Under the pieces are notes generated by a model. The model did not search any database. It saw nothing but the letters and a program-made list of their open reading frames with translations, and was not told the DNA's origin. Positions 61,638 to 64,000 of a stretch of 64,000 bases of DNA are shown here, in pieces. This DNA is from Porphyridium purpureum (Eukaryota). The stretch is from NCBI GenBank assembly GCA_008690995.1, contig VRMN01000004.1, positions 1,240,001 through 1,304,000 on the forward strand, written 5' to 3'. Position 1 is the first letter of the stretch, and every line of letters begins with the position of its first letter. The translations under genes and the position numbers were made by a program.

Positions 61638-62606
61638 CTACTTTTTTTGACCCCATTCACTGCCTGCCCACGTTGAAGGCCGTTTCAGACCCTCAGCTTC
61701 GCTTATGCCTGCATCTGTGAGCTTTTTGGAGAGCTTTTCGATCTTCATGTCCCGAATCACGAGCTGCTTCTTTAAGTTTTTGTTCTCTTCCAGAAGCTGG
61801 CGCTCATTGTTCAGCCTCTTCCGCAATGCATTTAATTGCTCCACCTGAAGCTGCGCGTTTTCTGCCGAAAGCATCGACACGCGACGTTCTAATTCAGTGA
61901 TGTGTTGCTTTTTGCGCTCCCGTGAAGCCGCCGCAGATTGCCGGTTCCTTTCGGCACGCCGCCCAGTATCCGCGCGAGGCCCCTTTTTCCCCACCCGCGC
62001 ATCGTCATCGTCTTCATCAGAGTCGCCTTCCCCGTCTTCCTGCCCAGACGGCGGAACATACGCTTGTGGCCCTTCCGCCGGCTCGTGTGAGGCGGTAAAT
62101 GCCTCTTGTTTCGGACCTCCTATCCGCCGCTGCGCCACCACTGGCGACCTTGCAGGGGCCTGTAGGGCGGTTTGCTTCGGACGTTTCTTACTGGCAGGTC
62201 CTGCATTTCCCGACCAAGTACTTTCTGGAATGGCAAATGTCGCAGTACCCGTCGGTGTCGGAGGTAGCATGGCCGACGGTTGTCCTTGCCTGGGCGTCGT
62301 TAAGATGCCAGGTAAGCGCCCCGCGGATGGCACGGTCTGAAACGCGGGGGCAGGAGAGCTGTTCAAATCACTTGTCCTGCTAGCGTCCCGCCCCAAAGAC
62401 GGCTCCCTAGTTGCCAACACACTGCCGGAACTATTGAAGTGAAAGTCCTGCTCTAACAGCGCTGAGAGTACCTGTGGTGTTTCAGAACGCATGTCATCCA
62501 TAAGAGCTGGGTTGATTTCGTTCAGCAATTCCGGAAGCCCCATAGTCTCGACGTCCATTTGGAAGTCGTCCATGATGTCGAACGCTTCCATCCCTCCGTC
62601 GTCCAT
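61638..62606 (-). CDS. bZIP transcription factor
   Basis: RRAERNRQSAAASRERKKQHITELERRVSMLSAENAQL. Confidence 0.93.
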   Translation of the reverse strand: MDDGGMEAFDIMDDFQMDVETMGLPELLNEINPALMDDMRSETPQVLSALLEQDFHFNSSGSVLATREPSLGRDASRTSDLNSSPAPAFQTVPSAGRLPGILTTPRQGQPSAMLPPTPTGTATFAIPESTWSGNAGPASKKRPKQTALQAPARSPVVAQRRIGGPKQEAFTASHEPAEGPQAYVPPSGQEDGEGDSDEDDDDARVGKKGPRADTGRRAERNRQSAAASRERKKQHITELERRVSMLSAENAQLQVEQLNALRKRLNNERQLLEENKNLKKQLVIRDMKIEKLSKKLTDAGISEAEGLKRPSTWAGSEWGQKK

Positions 62607-63279
62607 GGCACAAAAACTTCCCCCCTCGTTTCCCCCCGCCGGTGCGCTGCTACTATGCGGTTACTTTGGAGCAGGTATGCACGTGCAAGGTCCCGCAAGG
62701 CCAGCGCTCGGATCAGACGACCGAATGTCGCAACTCGCGTGCCGCTCCTGTTGATGCCGCCGCGCACGGGGTTGCGGACGGGGCTTGCGGAGCTCGGCGC
62801 GCCACGCGTGCGAACACAATCGGAGCCGAGACACTCGCGCGCACTCGCTAAGGCAGCAGACCCCCCGCTTCCGCCTCCAAACCAATTGCGTGCGAAGCAA
62901 TGCACAGCGCGCCACCTCCCACCGGGCTCTTTCATAGCCGCCCGCAGCGCACGCGAACGCCTTTGACAGGCCGCGTTCCCGTTTAACGCGGTGCTGCGCC
63001 TAATCTCTTGGGCGCGTTTGGTGATTTTCCGCCCGGCGCGCCGCACGACACCGGCGGTACAGTGCGAGCAGGATAGGGTACAGTCGGGACAGAGCTCGTG
63101 CACCGCCATTGGCGCGCGCCACGTGCGCTGGTGCTGCGGGTAACGCGGTGCGACTGAGCGCTTCGTGCTGGTACATGGCGCCGCGGATCAAAGTGAGGGG
63201 GGCTGGGTCGGTTGGTTCGCTGCGGTGCTGACGCCGACACGCCGGCCACACGAGCGGTCAAAGAGGACGCGCTTTACCA

Positions 63280-63933
63280 ATGAAGGAGCTGCCAAAGACA
63301 GCGGTGGGCGACCGCGGTAGCGTTGAGCTTGTTGAGGACTCGGTTCTCTTTTCGAGGTACGGCCGCGTCGTGTCACGCTGCGTCATCTATCCAGATGGAT
63401 CCCGGCACGAATTCGATGTCTGGAGTAAAAACTGGCGCAGCAACCAAGAATTTGCAATCGTCGTGCCGTACTATTCGGCGTCTCGCACATTTACATTACT
63501 TTACGAGTACTATCCAGCTGCTCACAGCTTTCACCTCGGCCTCCCCGGCGGAAATGTGGACTCGAACCGGCACACCTCCATTTTGCAGGCTGCCAAGGAG
63601 GAGCTGTATGAGGAAGCGCACCTGAAGAACGGCACGTGGTACCCACTTCTGCCACAAAGTTCGTCTGGAGGCTCCTCACAACCAGGTTTGCTAAATGACA
63701 AGTACCAGCAGGACTGGAGCTTTCCGTTCCTGTGTGTCGATCCAGAACAGCAAAACAGCTCAGAGTTCGGTACCGATCACGCAACCTTCGAAGCGGAGGA
63801 GTTAATTGAAGTGAGAATGCATGTGCCGTTCGAGAAAGTGCGCAGTGATTTGCTCGCCGGGCGGTTCCAGGCGAATCAAACTTCTACATTGTTCTTCGCC
63901 TTCGAAAAGTTGAAAGAGCTCGGCCTCGCTTGA
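63280..63933 (+). CDS. Nudix hydrolase
   Basis: LPGG.......ILQAAKEELYEEAHL Nudix box; EELIEV. Confidence 0.85.
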   Translation: MKELPKTAVGDRGSVELVEDSVLFSRYGRVVSRCVIYPDGSRHEFDVWSKNWRSNQEFAIVVPYYSASRTFTLLYEYYPAAHSFHLGLPGGNVDSNRHTSILQAAKEELYEEAHLKNGTWYPLLPQSSSGGSSQPGLLNDKYQQDWSFPFLCVDPEQQNSSEFGTDHATFEAEELIEVRMHVPFEKVRSDLLAGRFQANQTSTLFFAFEKLKELGLA

Positions 63934-64000
63934 ACTCAACGACAAACAGCTCGAAACCCGAAAGCCCAATGAATTTTTACCATTATCGCTCTCGTACTTG

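Noticed and set aside
1..64000. CRISPR array, rRNA, intact transposon or biosynthetic gene cluster
   Set aside because: No repeat-spacer pattern, rRNA motif, transposase or reverse transcriptase ORF seen; neighbouring genes are functionally unrelated

Overview
Eukaryotic nuclear DNA: compact, GC-rich and essentially intron-free, with about 34 protein genes in 64 kb and very short intergenic gaps. Plastid-type transit peptides (M[A/E]AFV...), POR and plastid DUF177 point to a unicellular red alga, Porphyridium-like (inference). Recognisable genes: Sec31 C-terminus, TM0106/RNase H-like nuclease, ABC-F, FANCL, DUF938 methyltransferase, POR, ELO elongase, methionine synthase reductase, G-patch, tandem-C2 protein, GT77-like and O-fucosyltransferase-like enzymes, OTU protease, ABCB1, ankyrin protein, degenerate RsuA-like protein, CBM20-GH13, cyclin U, Tim17 family, C2H2 and bZIP factors, lipin, TreS-like GH13, TauE and Nudix. 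The best non-obvious signals are RNA-level. (1) A tRNA-Arg(UCG) gene has a 10-nt intron in its T-loop (59/60) in a bulge-helix motif. (2) An unannotated, roughly 290-nt, multi-helix element on the minus strand upstream of POR ends in a hairpin plus T8 and shares a TGTATATC upstream motif with the tRNA, so it is a candidate Pol III ncRNA of unknown class. Also notable: a cyclin gene frameshifted at a (CG)n run and several bacterial-type enzymes. All family calls come from motif recognition by eye; no database search was run.
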